Source: Mobula hypostoma
Lineage: Eukaryota
Direction: 5' to 3'
NCBI RefSeq assembly: GCF_963921235.1
Contig: NC_086097.1
Span: 160,396,001-160,460,000, forward strand
Length of the DNA stretch: 64,000 nt
This document shows positions 1 through 13,910 of this stretch, one piece after another; position 1 is the stretch's first letter, and every line of letters starts with the position of its first letter. Under the pieces are notes generated by a model. That model ran no database searches. It saw only the letters and a list, made by a program, of their open reading frames with translations, and was not told where the DNA came from. The position numbers and the translations under genes are program-made.

Positions 1-165
1 GGGAGTTAGATATGGCCCTTGTGGCTAAAGGGATCAGGGGGTATGGAGAGAAGGCAGGTACAGGGTTCTGAGTTGGATGATCAGCCATGATCGTACTGAA
101 TGGCGGTGCAGGCTCGAAGGGCCAAATGGCCTGCTCCTGCACCTATTTTCTATGTTTCTATGTTT
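1..165 (+). mobile_element. CR1 LINE 3' end (young subfamily) with (CTATGTTT)n tail
   Basis: 3' UTR motif GATCAGCCATGATC...GGCTCGAAGGGCC.AATGGCCT.CTCCTGCACC followed by ctatgtttctatgttt; very similar copies at 19.55-19.92 kb and 31.25-31.48 kb. Confidence 0.9.
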
Positions 166-2578
166 CAATCCTCCACTGCTGCAATTGAGTTCACTGAAAG
201 CGAACTAAGAAAGATACTGAATGATGCCACAGCAATATTCAAGGAGATGGCATTGGAAAACTCAAAAATATTGTGAGTAAAATAAAGTCAAACAAAAATG
301 CCACATCCAAGTTATATGCAATTCATCCAGTTCCTTATACCATCTGTGACAAGGTAGCAAGTGAAATAGATAGCATGGAGCTGGAGGAATTTTTCCCATG
401 GTTGAGTGGACCCCATGGGCAATTGCAGTGGTCCCAGTAGACAAGAAGCATGTGTCTGTCAGGATCTGCGTTGATTTTAAGGTCACCATCAACCCAGTAC
501 TGAAAGTAGATCAATACCCCCTGCCCAGGATATAGTATTTCTTTGAAAACCTTTCTGGAAGGAAAGTGGACTTAGCTGAAGCCCTACCTACAAATGGAGA
601 AGCTTAGTACAAACTTTCACAAAGGGTTTATCACCCCAGTAGGGGTAGCATCTGCACCTGTAATCTGGCAAAAAGCTACAGTCTAGCTGCTGCAAGGATG
701 CCCAGGCACTCAATGTTTCCAAAACAACATCACCATTACTGGTAAGGATGACAAAGAAAATATCCAAAATCTCAAGATGGTGTTAAAAAGATTAGAAAAT
801 TATGTGCTCTGAGCACAAAGCAACAAGCGTGAATTCTCTAAACCAAGCATCACTTACTGCGGTCTCACCATCAATGCACAAGGATTACACAAGTGTGCTG
901 ATCAAATTTAAGCAGTAGTGGATGTCCCAAGGCCAATGGATGTGTCATAGTTGTGTTCGATTTCAGAATTTGTCGATTACTATAACAGGTTCCTGCCAAA
1001 CCTAGTTACTATGCTTCAACCCCTTGAAGTAATTACCACAGCTTGAATGGAAATAGCAATGGACAAAACATTGTGAGGTGGCTTTCCAAACGGCAAAGGA
1101 AGTGGTGACGTCGGACACTGTACTCACACATTATAATCCATATCATACAGTGAAGCTCGCCTGTGATGCCTCGCCTTGTGGTTCAGCAGTAAGTGATGGA
1201 AGTGAACATCCATAGACTTTGCATCATGTTCCCTTATCACTGCAGAGGAAATTTACACACAGATTAACAGAGAGGCTTTGAGTCTAACTTGGGGTGTAAA
1301 ACGTTTCAACCAGTACTTGTATGGGAGAGAGTGTACCCTCATTACTGATCATCAATCACAGTGTCCATTTTCAATCCACAGAAGGGTGTACTACTAACAA
1401 CAGCAGTACAAATGCAGAGATGTGCTCTGTTCTTGGAGGACACAATTACAAGATCGAATTCCAGAGAATGACTAATCATGGAAATGTTGATGGATTGTCC
1501 CATTCAATCTTGAAAAACAAAAATTAACAAAACACCTCTTGATGTATTCTCCCCAATGCAAATCGAAAGTCTCGCTATTACAGCAGAAATGATCCAAAGG
1601 GAAACGAGAAAAAATAAAACCACACTCTCAGGACTATGTGGCGATCCAGACAGGCTGGAACATGCAGCAGAAATCCCAGTTCCTCCAGTTTTACCAATGC
1701 CAGGATGAATTTGCCCTTGATGGGGAGTTGCCTTATGTGGGGATTGAGAGTTGTTGTACTGTCCAGGCTGAGAGCTAAAGTGTTGATGGAGCTTCATGCC
1801 AGTCATCTAGGCACGGTCAAAATGAAAGTGTTTGTCCGGTGGCCTGGGATAGATCAGCAGATCCAGCAGCTTGCCATGCACTGTTCAGGATGCCATCACA
1901 TCCAGAGGATGCCAAAAGCAGCACATTCCACCACCAACAATTCACCAGCTATGCTGTTCTTGGGTTGTCCCTCGTGCTTAAGCTTGAATCGCAAATGAAA
2001 TGTCAGAAGGAGTATGCAGGACAAACAGCTGAGACAAATTGAGGACTCCTCAAACAAGGATGTTCAATGTTTCACTCCTGGACAAGCAATCCTGGCAAGG
2101 GACTGCAGAGGTGATCAAAAGCGGGTACTTGGAAAGATTAAGGACAGAACTGGACACTCTCCCACACAGTGGAGGTTGTGTCTACTATCATCTGGAGACA
2201 ACACATCGATCAGCTGAGGAGAGCAGAGTAAATTTTTAGAGAAGAAAGGTATCCAGAGCTATAAAAATCATTTCCTGCAGTCCCAGAATCAACTCCTACA
2301 ACCACCACGAAGGAGACCCCAGAACCTGAGATTGTTTCACAGCCACAAGTCTCACCTGCCAAGCAGAGTGACCCTCTTGTCTGGAAAGAGTAAGAAATCC
2401 TCCACAACAATTAAATCTTTAGGTCTGATTGGGACAATTTAAAATCTGCTATGCTGTGGATGTCTATATATTAGTTGTGTTATACAGCACACGGTATATA
2501 AAAGATGATTAGAGAGCATATATTTGACTTGAGATGGATTCTATATTGCGTTGGAGTTCATTGCTAAGCATGGAGGAG
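166..2578 (+). mobile_element. Decayed Ty3/Gypsy pol (RT, RNase H, integrase zinc finger; integrase core largely deleted)
   Basis: + strand translations: VEWTPWAIAVVPV..SVRICVDFKVTINPVLKVDQYPLPRI (RT), VKLACDAS (RNase H), ELHASHLG..WPGIDQQIQQLAMHCSGC (H2C2 integrase, ORF 1636-1998); many stops and frameshifts. Confidence 0.9.
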
Positions 2579-2778
2579 TGTTGTGGGTTTAATATTTCAG
2601 TAATATTTCATTAATAATGCAATTACATTGATTAAGTATTCTTTGTGTACATAATTCATTACGAGTTTTATGTAAGAAGTGCACAATTGGCATACGTCAT
2701 TTTGCCGCCACGTCATATGTGCATGCCCCTCTCCTGTGTTTTTCTTTCAGTTAGTTTTTGGAGTTACAAAATGTAACA
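2579..2778 (+). mobile_element. 3' LTR of the Gypsy element
   Basis: Purine tract GGAGGAG immediately before TGTTG...; ends ...TGTAACA (TG..CA termini). Confidence 0.65.
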
Positions 2779-3204
2779 CCACCCACATACATAGCAGGCC
2801 CCCAACCCCAGAACAGGCTCGCTCCAGACCGTAAACATGAATTCAACATGAGTGTTGTGGCTATAGAGCAGGTCAAAGGTTGAGTATCCTGCCATCTCCT
2901 GACATCCTAAGGCCTTTCCACCACCTGCAAAACACATTAAAGAGATGATGGAATTCTGTACATTTCTCTGGATGACTGCAGCAAGAGGTTCAACACAATC
3001 CCACTTGACTGACACCCATCCACCAAGCTACTGCCTGGAAGGGGATACAGACATAAGATCATGACAATTACTGCGGACTTTGGCGAGCTTAAAAACCATA
3101 CATTAAGGCACATATGATCTGGTAAGTGGAATCACATAAACAATTGTTGGCTAGGATGGACATAATGTATTGAATGGCTTCTTTCTGATTGATAATAGTT
3201 TACA

Positions 3205-3520
3205 ATAAGAGTCATTGTGACAGAGTTATACAGCATTGGATAGTCCCTTCCATCTAAATTGTCCATGCTGACTAACAGGTTTTACAATACAGTGCCATTT
3301 GGCCTCATTTCGACAATATTCCTCTAAGCCTTTTTGTATCTCTTTACCTGTCTACAATGTACATATATTAAACATTGCATTGTACTCACTGTTATGACTC
3401 CTCTGGTAGCACGTTCCATATGCACACTCTCTACGCAAAAACCTTTCCCCTTGAGTCTCTTTTAAATCTTCTGCTCACACTTTAAGTTCTGTGATTTTAT
3501 GTTCATCACACCAGACAGAA
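3205..3520 (-). mobile_element. Old CR1 3' fragment
   Basis: Reverse-complement similarity to CR1 3' ends elsewhere in the window (e.g. 46.7-47.1 kb, 61.2 kb). Confidence 0.55.
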
Positions 3521-3832
3521 AAAGAAGTATCTCCAGCGAAGGGGAAAACTAAATTTAGATTAAGCCAATGCAAAATAGTCAACAAGAAATGAAGTAGAGG
3601 ATTCAAGAGGAGCTTCCTTCCTGTTAAGTCAGGTGGCATGCGGAACTCACCTTTACAGGCATTCACTGGGGAAGGTGAGTAGTATTGATGTGTTCAAGCA
3701 GATGTTGATAACCATGAAAAGGAATAAAGTACTGGGCTAGTGATAAAGCATATGGAAGTACTGTGCAGCAAAAATGTTGGCAAAAACAGAAAGACGTGCC
3801 TCTCTTAACAGCGTCTTTGCCGAGGAGAAGAA

Positions 3833-3869
3833 AGTTACTGTTTCAGGTTGAAGATTCTTCGTCAGAGTA
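3833..3869 (-). ncRNA. Degenerate minimal hammerhead ribozyme motif in old Penelope pLTR fragment
   Basis: Minus strand: TACT-CTGACGA-AGAATCTTCAACCT-GAA-ACAG-T-AACT. Confidence 0.5.
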
Positions 3870-4885
3870 TAAACTGCCTTTTCTAACACCTGCAGATTTT
3901 CACATTTCAGTAACGCTGACCTAATCAGGCTGGCTCAAATGGCCTTTCTCCCTCCTGTATATCATTTGTAGCTTCATGTAAAAAAAAAGTGCAGAGACTG
4001 GGTAAAGATGGAACAACTCCATCCAGACATGGCAACAATAACAATTGAGAATAGGAGAAAGCCCAAAAACCAATTTATTTGATAACATTTCTCAGGAAAT
4101 GTGATTTAGAGCTCAGAAAAGGCAACAGTATGGAAAAACAGATGAACAAAATCAATCTATATTGAGCAATTTCTGAATTCAGTATTCTGAAAGACATAAA
4201 GATCACACAGTTGAGATTTTCATATTTTTGATATGAATCAATATAGAAGGAGGACAAAGACGAATATTAAAATTGAAATATTTCTCCGATGTTCTGCTTT
4301 TCTGGGAGGGACCTCAGGATTAATATTTCTCTTGAAAGAATAGCTAGCAGTGATGATGCATGATTCGAGAGTCAGTATGAAACCAGTCAGCCTTAGGCCA
4401 TTGATAGAGTTCGGGAGAACACTGAAGAAGGCTTTGAAGATGAACAAAATCTTGGCATCATCCCCCTACCAAATCTTTGCATCTAAATTAAAAGAGAAAT
4501 AGCACTGAAAATCTTCTTAGTTTACTTAGAGTAATATTTCAGCAGTCGCCTCACCCAGCTGTTTTTATTTACTTATTCATTTTTCATAAATTCATTTCTT
4601 TGGTCTATGTCTGTCCTGTTTTTTTTATGTAAAAAGACATTTCATGCAATTTTTCATGTTGTCACATGAATGCCAATATTGTAAATGCATTGAAACAACT
4701 TGGCTGCAGGTGAGAGCTAGTTCAGTAGCTTGGACCTTCAGTACTGCAGCCAAATGTTACCTGATCCCTTCGCCTCTCCCACATGCAATACTCTATGCTG
4801 TTTTCTGAGATCATGTAGAGTGAATTGAATTGGCTGATAATCGGTTCTGTAATGGTGGGGAATCCCAGCAAGAAACCAATTTAAA

Positions 4886-5050
4886 ATCAAATCAGGTTTA
4901 TTATCACTCTCAGCTGTTGTGAAAGTTGTTGTTTTGTGGCAGCAGTGCAATGCATGAGATAATAAATTACTATAAGTTACAATAAAAAGAATAAAATAAA
5001 TAATGCAAAAGAGGAATAGTGATACAGTGTTCATGGGATCATGGACCATT
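4886..5050 (-). mobile_element. Rex1-type LINE 3' tail fragment
   Basis: ATCAGGTTTATTATCACT...GAAAGTTGTTGTTTTGTGGCAGCAGT, same as the tail of the 29.6 kb element. Confidence 0.65.
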
Positions 5051-5559
5051 TCATTAGGTCACACACTTGGCACTTTTAGGTGTACATGTTTGCAAATGCT
5101 TCAGCATTGTTCCTGACACTCATTTGCTTGGCCTTGCAATCATTGAAGAGACTCTTCTCTCACTGGCTATTTTTTGGGCACCACCATTCATGACTAAATG
5201 TGTGAAACTGCAGAGCTTTGATGTCTTCTATTAGTTGTGAGATTGCCTGGCCTTGATCATTGTCTGGTGTATACTATGCATGAGACCCTGTACTGAACCA
5301 TCTCAAGGGTGGATTCTCACTTTTAGCTGTGTCTTGTGTTGCTCCCCTGAGTTCATCCCAGGATCTGTTAGCAATGCTAGAATGCGAGATGAGCTGAGCC
5401 AAGAAGTTTTAGATGTGATGGTCTGCACTTGTTCAGGTGCTGATGGTCCACAGTGCCTTGTGGATGCTGAATTTGGAGTGGCCAGATCTGTTCCATTTAG
5501 GGTGGAGGGTGTTCCTTGGTCTCCACAAGGACTGGCTGGCAATCATTTCTCTTCTGTGT

Positions 5560-5990
5560 TGCATGTCTACATGTGTCATGAAATTTGTGGCAACAGTACA
5601 GTGCAATACATAAAAAAATTACTGTATGTTATAACAAGAATATATAAAAAACAAATAACGCAGAAGAAGAGCAAAGTAGTGATGTAGTGTTCATGAGTTC
5701 ATAGACCATTCAGAAATCTGATGGTGGAGGGGACAAAGCTGTTCCCAGAACGTTGAGTGTGCATCTTCAGTTTCCTGCACCTACTCTCTGATGTTAGTAA
5801 TGAGAACAGAGCATGTCCCAGATGGTGAGAGTCCTTAATGATGTATGCCACCTTCTTGAGGCATTGCCTTTGGAAGATGTCCTCGGTGGTGGAGAGGATT
5901 TAGACCATAATGGAGCTGGCTAAGTCTACAAGCTTCTGCAGCTTTTTTTGATCCTGTGCATTGGCTTCTCCATACCAGATGGTAATATCC
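5560..5990 (-). mobile_element. Rex1-type LINE 3' fragment
   Basis: Similar to 29.6-30.1 kb (CAGAAATCTGATGGTGGAGGGG..AAGCTGTTCC..GAGTGTG). Confidence 0.8.
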
Positions 5991-7029
5991 ACCTGAGCTA
6001 TTATATCCTGTTTGAGAGCCAAGTTCTGTTCCAGCTAATCCTCATTAATCTCAGTTCCTTCCTCCTCCAACATATGAGCCCAGGATATTCCTGTTCCATA
6101 GGGAAGTTCCTGTTCTCCCTGATCATGCTATTTCCCCAATTCCTTTCAGAATATCTCTTCATGGATAATGTAAATATGTGGATTAAAGATTCTACAAATA
6201 AAACAACGCATTTTTCCATTCATTGCAGCTGATTACAAAATACGGCCGGCTGTCTGGAACAACAGACTTTTCAGCCACTTTTTGCCATAGTGAGCAAAGC
6301 TTGTCAGCTGACATGTATCATCCAATCAGCAGGGCCATGGGAAGGTACCATACCTGGAGCTGAAATTGGTTGAAGCCCTGACTCCCGGTCACAATTCTGA
6401 AAAGCACCATATATCATACCATTCTTGCCCAATTAAAAATAAGAGTACGTCTACATCGCCTCCCCTGCCAAATGCTGGCAATCTTGCTAATGCTAACACA
6501 TATTTCTGTTCTGTCAACTGTTTCTCAGATGTCAGTAGCCAAGTTGGGTCATTACTAGGAGAACAATAACCTGCACTAACAATCCTTTGCCTGCTGACAA
6601 AGAGACCAGTGGTGGCTGGTACATGGGAAGCTTTGTGATAGATTGTAAATGCAAAACACGTTCAAAGCTCAAACAGAGCAATGAATAAAGTAAATGCTCA
6701 GATTCTTTGTGGAAGGAAATTTTTTTTAGGATTAATGCAGTAGCGAAAACTTGGCTGTGTACAGTGTAATACTGCAGCGTTCTTTAGAGGCAGATGAAAG
6801 TAAATTGATTCAGGTCACAATTTCGGATCTGGCCATTGCTGTAGCATTTAGTGTTTCTCCCTGTGGTTTTTCTTGTTAACCTAAAATATTCCTCTTAAAA
6901 ATGTCACAGCTCTTCAATTTTTATTCTCTGATGCATCTACGGCTTCTATTTGTGCAGCATTGTGTTGTCTCATAGAGGCACAGGGAAAGGGAATGTTGTG
7001 CCAGATAAAGGAAAATTGAAAAGAGAGAG

Positions 7030-7240
7030 ATTAAAAGATTAGCTTTATTTATCATGTACATGATAAACTCAGTCGAAGGATGTAATTAGGTCAGCCTGCA
7101 AGGTGCCACCATGATTCCTGCGCCAACACAGCATACCCGCAAAACACTAACCCTAATCAATATGCCTTAGGACGGTGGGAGGAAGCCCATGCCATCGCAG
7201 GAATCGAACACAGGTCACTGGTGTTATATAACGTTATGCT
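7030..7240 (-). mobile_element. Degenerate tRNA-derived SINE
   Basis: Reverse tRNA B-box-like GGAATCGAAC; GTGGGAGGAAGCC V-domain remnant; AGATTAGCTTTATT tail. Confidence 0.5.
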
Positions 7241-7348
7241 AAATGTTACCTATGTAAATATTATCCAGTAACTTGCACTACCTTGAGCAACTAACAATCT
7301 ACTGAAGGAATTCAGCAGGACAAGCAACATGTATGCAAGGAAAGATAT

Positions 7349-7384
7349 TGTCAAGGTTTCTAGTTGAATCCCTGTATCAGGACT
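7349..7384 (-). ncRNA. Degenerate minimal hammerhead motif in PLE hairpin fragment
   Basis: Minus strand: AGTC-CTGATAC-AGGGATTCAACTA-GAA-ACCT-T-GACA. Confidence 0.4.
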
Positions 7385-7639
7385 ATCTTTCACTCCTCCC
7401 TGACTCGTCTCCAGCTTTCTGATCAGCCTGCAATATGCTGCTCTTCTTACATAGTCCTGCAAGCTCTTTTTATATTTTCGCTTATATCCAATTCCATTTG
7501 GTTGGAAGCTAAATTGGCAAATGATCCCTCATGCAAGTTGTTGGTTGGTGCATCAGGGTGGAGTTGATGAATATCTAAGAATGACTAAGACAAAAATAAT
7601 CAATGGCTTAGTAACCTTCTCCTATGCCAGTGATAAAAA

Positions 7640-8485
7640 GTTAGGTAAGAGGGATTTGGTGACAAGGTTATCGGACTCCACAACAGTATTTGGATAGGTT
7701 GAGTGAGTGGGCAAAAACTTGGTAATTAGCGTTTGACGTGATGAAGTGTGATGAACATCAATGAAAGGAATCAAAAGTCAGGAGAGAGAATGCAAAAGAG
7801 TGAAATACAAAGAACCCAGGTGCTTGAAGGCAAATGTCGTATTGACTTTTATTGCAGGGTGGTTAGAGATTAAAAATAAACAAGTTTTATTACAGTTATT
7901 CAGGGTTTTGGTGACCTGCACTGGAGCACAGGGCACAGTATTGGTTGTCCTATTTAAGAGAGGATGAAGTATATTAACATTGGAGACTATACAGGAAAAT
8001 TCACTAAGCTAACTCCTGTGATCAGAGTGTTCTCCTTTCTACAGAGGCTAAAGAAGTTGGATCTGTATTCTTTGCAATTTGGAAGAATGGGGGGGGGGGG
8101 GTAATCTTACAGAAACATGTAATATTATAAAGGCACATGCAAGGTTAGATGTTCATTTGTATCCTCTAGTGGGGGAGTCTCAAACCAGTCGAGGTATATA
8201 CAAAATAAGGGACAGTTATTTAAAACCAAAGTGCATAAGAATTTCTTCCTGAGGAAGATGATGAACCTCTGGAATTCTTTACCCCTCTGAACAGTGGAAG
8301 CTAGACCATTATAGATATTTAAAAGGATTTATATACTTATTTGAAAAAATTGGTAATTGAGGGCTCTGAGACTTGGCACAAGAGAGGAGATGGGGTCTAA
8401 AGTAGATCAATCTTGATCAATTTATGTAGCAGGAAGGCTGGAGGGACTGTTGGCCTACCCCTGCTCCTATTTTCCCTTGTCCTTG
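7640..8485 (+). mobile_element. Decayed CR1 ORF2 C-terminus and 3' UTR
   Basis: DRLSEWAKTW, VLLQLFRVLV, NFFLRKMMNLWNSL-like motifs; GGCCTACCCCTGCTCCTAT tail. Confidence 0.8.
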
Positions 8486-9939
8486 CAATCTTTTACAAGA
8501 AAAAAAAGAATAATTTACTGTTGAATGTACCTCTGCCAACATTCAAAATCAGGATAAATTGTTTCTCATTTCCGCCAGTTTATATACTCACCAAGAAACC
8601 AGCTGACAATCATTCCTAAGTGGTAATAGTTGTTTTAAGAAGAACAACAATTACCCTTAATAAAACTTTAAACTTCAGTTTTCCAAATGTGCCTATTGTA
8701 TTCAGCAAGAGTATTTCACAAGTAAGACAGGAAATAAAAAATACACTTTTAAGCAAGAAATAACACCTACATAGCGTCATGCGGAATGGAAAGTTAAGTT
8801 CCAGATGGATCAACTGATGTTTCTACAGTTAGAGCAACTGCATGGGGGATTAAGATTTTCTTATTCTTCATACATAGCTCAGGGGGAGTAGAGAAAGGTT
8901 ACAAGATTTCCTTAAATTTATTGAGACTTTTAGTAGAAATTTCTTGGAAAACACTCAAAGTGAAAAGCAACCAACATTTATGAACTCTGGTAGCAGAACT
9001 AAATTGAAAATGCTAATCAAACTTGCAAACTCTCTTCCTGTATATTGTAAATACAAGGTTGAAATATTCCCAGACATTGAAAATGGTTGGATCTTTTCTT
9101 GATCACAGTAACTGTTTATCAGCAATGCTGAGAACTTGCCTTTCCTGTTACTTTGCTGCCCTCTTTTGCCCAACTGTAAAAATACACCAATTACTTGGCA
9201 ACCCCATTCCAAACATCACCCATTAATTATAATGAATTAATTAATAACTATTATGATTTCCGCAGTGCACCATGTTTTTTCTCATTGTTGTTCATTTATT
9301 CTGGGCTCGGATCTTCTGTCTGTTGGAACAGCCATGTCTTTGGAGAGGAGATCGATTTTGTTGTCTGTATGATGCATTATTTGAATAGCCCTTCCATCTG
9401 TGATGAAAGTCTAAAGGATAATTAATCTGGATCTGCCAACCCTGTGCTTAATAGCTAATTTTTCTAATTTATTGCTATTGAAAATACTGTCATAATGTTC
9501 TTGCAAATATAATCTTTTTTAGGTAAAGTGGCATACTATCAGCAGAAAATACCAGAACCACTGAGCATGTCATGTAACATCTGTGGAGTGAGATACAAGT
9601 TAAAATCTCAGGTCAGAACCAGAAAAGGTCAGAGATAAGAGGACAGGAGAGATTAATTGGGAAATTAAATTCTCTGTTAACTTGAAGTCAATCAAAACTC
9701 TGAAGTCTTGCTCCTAACTCTGACTAGTTTGCAGTCTGGTACTTGGTGCTATGATTGCATAACTGTCAATAAAAGCCTCTACTTTTAAATTCTCATACTT
9801 GTTTTCAATTATCTCCATGATCTCACCCTCCCCTCTTTCCAGTACTATAACAGTTGTAGGTATGTATGCTTATCAAGAGGTGATATTTATATGTAGATCG
9901 CACTCAACTCTAATTTTAATTGGTGTTCCTTGATTGACA

Positions 9940-10185
9940 CATAGAACACAGAACGTTACAACACAGAACAGGTTCTTTGGTCCACAATGTTGTGCTGATC
10001 TTTTAACCTATTCTAAGATCAATCTAACCTTTCTATCCTGTGTAGCCGTCCATTTTATCTTTTGTCTATGTGCCTATCTAAGAGTTTTTTTTAAATTCAC
10101 TAATTCCCTAATTCTCTAATGTATCTGTCTCTACCACCACCTCCGGCAGGATATTCTACGCACCCACCTCTCTGTGTAAAAAAAC
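9940..10185 (-). mobile_element. CR1 3' end fragment
   Basis: CATAGAACACAGAAC tail and GGTCCACAATGTTGTGCTGA, matching the 61.16 kb CR1 end. Confidence 0.65.
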
Positions 10186-12178
10186 TGATCTGAATGACAG
10201 AATTTTTAATTTGGCACAGCAGGGCAAAATGCCACTTGGTTCTTTGTGAATCTGTTACCTTGTAGAGGACTCGAGTAAATACTGTTCGTTTTTCAATTCA
10301 TGTATTTTATAATCAAGTATATGTCCATATACCTGATGAAAAACACAAGTGGATCTTCTTCCATGACATTGTCATTTTATCAATTTGACCATGTTAAGTG
10401 ACCCCCAAATATCACTTAATATCAAATGTTATTAAATGATGCTGCTGTGAACATCTTGGGACTATTTAGCATGTCAAATTTATTGCATTATTATGAGTTG
10501 TTCTTGTTAGAGATGTGCAAAAACTGTACCTATTTTTAAGCATGAGATGTTGAATTGGAGACTGATGCACTTTAATCAAATGTTCATTCTCTAAAATCCA
10601 TATTCACAATACTGGAGGAACTTATGAAGATTCTCAACTCAAAATGCAAACTCTTCATTTCTCCCTACAAATCTGCCTGACCCACTGAGTTCTTCCACCG
10701 ATGTGTATGTTGCTCCAGATTTTACAGCCTTCAATGTATTCATTCCATACTGGCATTTGAGTATACTGGGAAATTGTAAGAAGTCAAGTCCTTCGGACGC
10801 TAATTTGATCCAAGCCCTTTTGGATAGATCTAGTGACGTAGGTACGTATATAGGGAACGTTTGTGGCAATCTTAGGAAGAGAAGTGTCAAGTTTTTTTGA
10901 AATTCTCCTTTCAATATACTACCAAAAATATAGTCCGTAGATGTGTAGCTGGGTGTAGCTTGCAGGCTTTCGTAGTGCAGAAAAAATAGCTGCCGTCATG
11001 GAGCAGCAGTTAATACTCCTCCAAATCATGCATTAGGTGAAAACAGCTTTGTGACAGATTTGAGGGAGGGGATAAAAGGTGATATAAATTCATATCTTTT
11101 TCTTTCATATATCAAATCTCAGAGACATCTAAAAGCTTTTCAAATAAAATGAGTTTAAACTCTTTATTGAAGCGTCTTTCTTTATTCATTCAATAATTTT
11201 TTGAATGTATTCCTTTATAAATGGAACATTCAAATGCATTGGAATTTTGAAGTTCACCTGAAGTAGTTTTTGAATCTCTCACTCAAGAATCCACAGTTCC
11301 CTTGCAACAATAATATCCAATATATACATTTTATCATTAATATTGGTACCTGTAGTCAGCTCAGTGGAGTGCACTGTCAGCAGCTCTCTTTGTTACACCA
11401 AAGCCAGTACAGTACAAGTATCTTAAACCTATTATGCAAAATAAAGGATGGTTTTTGAAGAATCCAGATATATCCTGGGTCCCTTGCTACCTTTGGGTCT
11501 GTATACAAAAAAGCTGAAAGACACCTCGGGACAACATAAACATCTGTAATTCGGCTTCTGATAATCCATTACTCCAAGTGCATTTATGCAGAAGCATTTA
11601 GCACAGCAGGCGAATGTTGTTTGTCATGAATACTGCTTGAGGTTATTTGCCTGGTAATTTATTTTTTGTAAATTTAAGCAGATTTGCACACTTCATTTGG
11701 TAAACTCTGCATTTCCCCCACGAGGAAGAAAGAGGCTTTGTTAAGGGTTCAGTAGAGAAGCTGGATGGAAATAGGACAGACATATGACTACAAGTTATAC
11801 TGGCTGACATAATACGGCTGGGACATCACCTTCCTGTGATTCAGTGGGTAGCAATCTCACTGTATATGTGTGTACACTAACATTACATTACAGATTAAAG
11901 GAGTATTCTGTATAGAAACTGTATGTATTGCTTCTCTATTACATCACTAAAGATGTACTCCACTGGAACAACCTGAGGCTGTGAAAGCTGCTTTATAGAT
12001 GAAAGAAATTGACAGTTGTAGTCAAGTCCTTGCCTGTAATCTCTGTCACCCTGCTCTGAGGTTCCCGTTATGGCTGCAACAGTTGACGGGTTTCACTGAA
12101 GACATCCATGCGAGGGTGCATATATCTCACCTTCACTGAGATTCAAATGGCAGAGCTGCACCCACACACAGATATGGT

Positions 12179-12365
12179 TGTAGGGTAATGTAATTGGGAG
12201 AAATATACACAGTTGGGATTTTGCTTTATGATGGCATATTGACATTATTATGTAAAAGGTTTTTTAAAATGCTTTTGTAGTGTGGGTTTTGGAGTTCAAT
12301 AAAATGTGGTACAGGTTTCGTTAAACATAAAACGCCTCACTTTGTTTTATTTGCGGAATCCTACA
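12179..12365 (+). repeat. 5' LTR (187 bp)
   Basis: TGTAGG/CCTACA inverted termini, internal AATAAA, similar to 15816-15914. Confidence 0.9.
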
Positions 12366-12366
12366 T

Positions 12367-12377
12367 TGGTGACCCCG
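12367..12377 (+). promoter_or_regulatory. Primer binding site complementary to tRNA-Trp 3' end
   Basis: TGGTGACCCCG directly after the LTR; eukaryotic tRNA-Trp ends ...CGGGGUCACCA. Confidence 0.75.
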
Positions 12378-13910
12378 GGTGCTCCAGGATGACGACAGAG
12401 TTATTGTACATGGCAGCCAATGCAGTCACTTTGAAGCTGCTGGAGTTCTGGAAACAAAATGCCGTCGCTTGGATTGTACAACCTGAGGCCCAGTTCGCTC
12501 TGCGAAAAAATCTCCACTGACAACACCAAAATCTACCATATGGTAGTAGCATCGCTCAGCAATTCCACGGTGGCGAGTTTGGTGAGCCTACTTGAACACC
12601 ACCTAAACACAATAAACACCAATCGTTGAAAACTCACCTATACAGACTTTTGGACGATTGGAGTCTGAGCGTGTCAAACAGTTGCTCTTCTTACTCAGTG
12701 TCGGTGATGGTAAACCTTTGGAGATAATAGACCACATGCGGTCTCTCCTGGGAAATCACCATCCTTGTTTTACTTTTAAAGAACTCCATGCAGCAAGTTT
12801 GCACAACGCTCGCTAATGCACTCGTGAAGGACTATAGGGAGCTGGTTAAAATACCTGATACTCCACACTCAACTACACAGTGGCGCAACATTCCTCTTCC
12901 TCTCTCTACCTCAGTAAACACGGTCAGCAAGGGCCCTAACAAAAGAATGCCTACAATTGCAAACAGATGATGCCAGGCCTGTGTTTTTACCAGGCACACT
13001 TTTGTAGAAACATTAGGAAGTGCTGACCACCTTGCAAGTTCGACAGTGTCATCGCATCAGGACATCAGAGGTCTGCGAACACTGACAGTTCTAGGGGCCA
13101 GGGTTGTCTACTGTTCATTACAGACACCCTTTTAGGCAACGCTTCCTGTAGGGCAATGGTGCTGAAGTGAGTGCGCTTGAGCAGCGCCTATTAATGACAA
13201 GGAAAAGAGCAATGAAACCTCGCTGGAGGTTGGCAACAGCAGCAAGATCCAGACTTACAACGGCTGGTACTCTGCTTCAGTAGGCAACATTACACATGGG
13301 ACTTCATCCTGACTGAAGTGGCTAGACCTCTGCTCAGTACAGGTTTCCTGTACGCCCAGGGACAGTTATTCAATCTTAACAAATGCTGGCTTGTGGATGT
13401 CAAGCATTTTGGGTCATTACCCTGCTTCCCCAGTAAGTTCCCCACAGTGACTCTGTCAACACGTGTACCACCGCATGTGACTTTACTTGACTGCTGGGCG
13501 AGTTCACAGACTTCACCCAGCCCACATTCTCTACCTCAGCTGTGAAACATGGGGCCGAGCATCACATTCGCACAAATTTCACTGCCCTCCCCCAACAGCC
13601 CACGTGTGTGGACTGGATACAGAGAAGCTGGCAACTGCTAAGGCTGAGTTTGCCAACATGGAGAGACTTGGCATGGTACGCCAGTCAAGTAGCACCTGGG
13701 CTTCACCCTCTATTTGGTCCCTAAGTCCAATGTTGGTTGCTGCCCATATGGTGATTAACGATGCCACCACCCATGACCATTACCCAGTCCCACACATCCA
13801 GAACTTTTTGGCACACTTAGCTGGAAAGTTAAATTTTTCTAAAGTCGATCTATTTAGAGGCTGCCATCAGGTGCCTGTGAGCTCAGAGGATATTCCCAAA
13901 ACAGCTGTGA

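Noticed and set aside
5100..5540. 144-aa ORF region (5253-5687) as host exon
   Set aside because: Looks like a decayed LINE-like repeat running into a Rex tail; no splice-consistent coding signal
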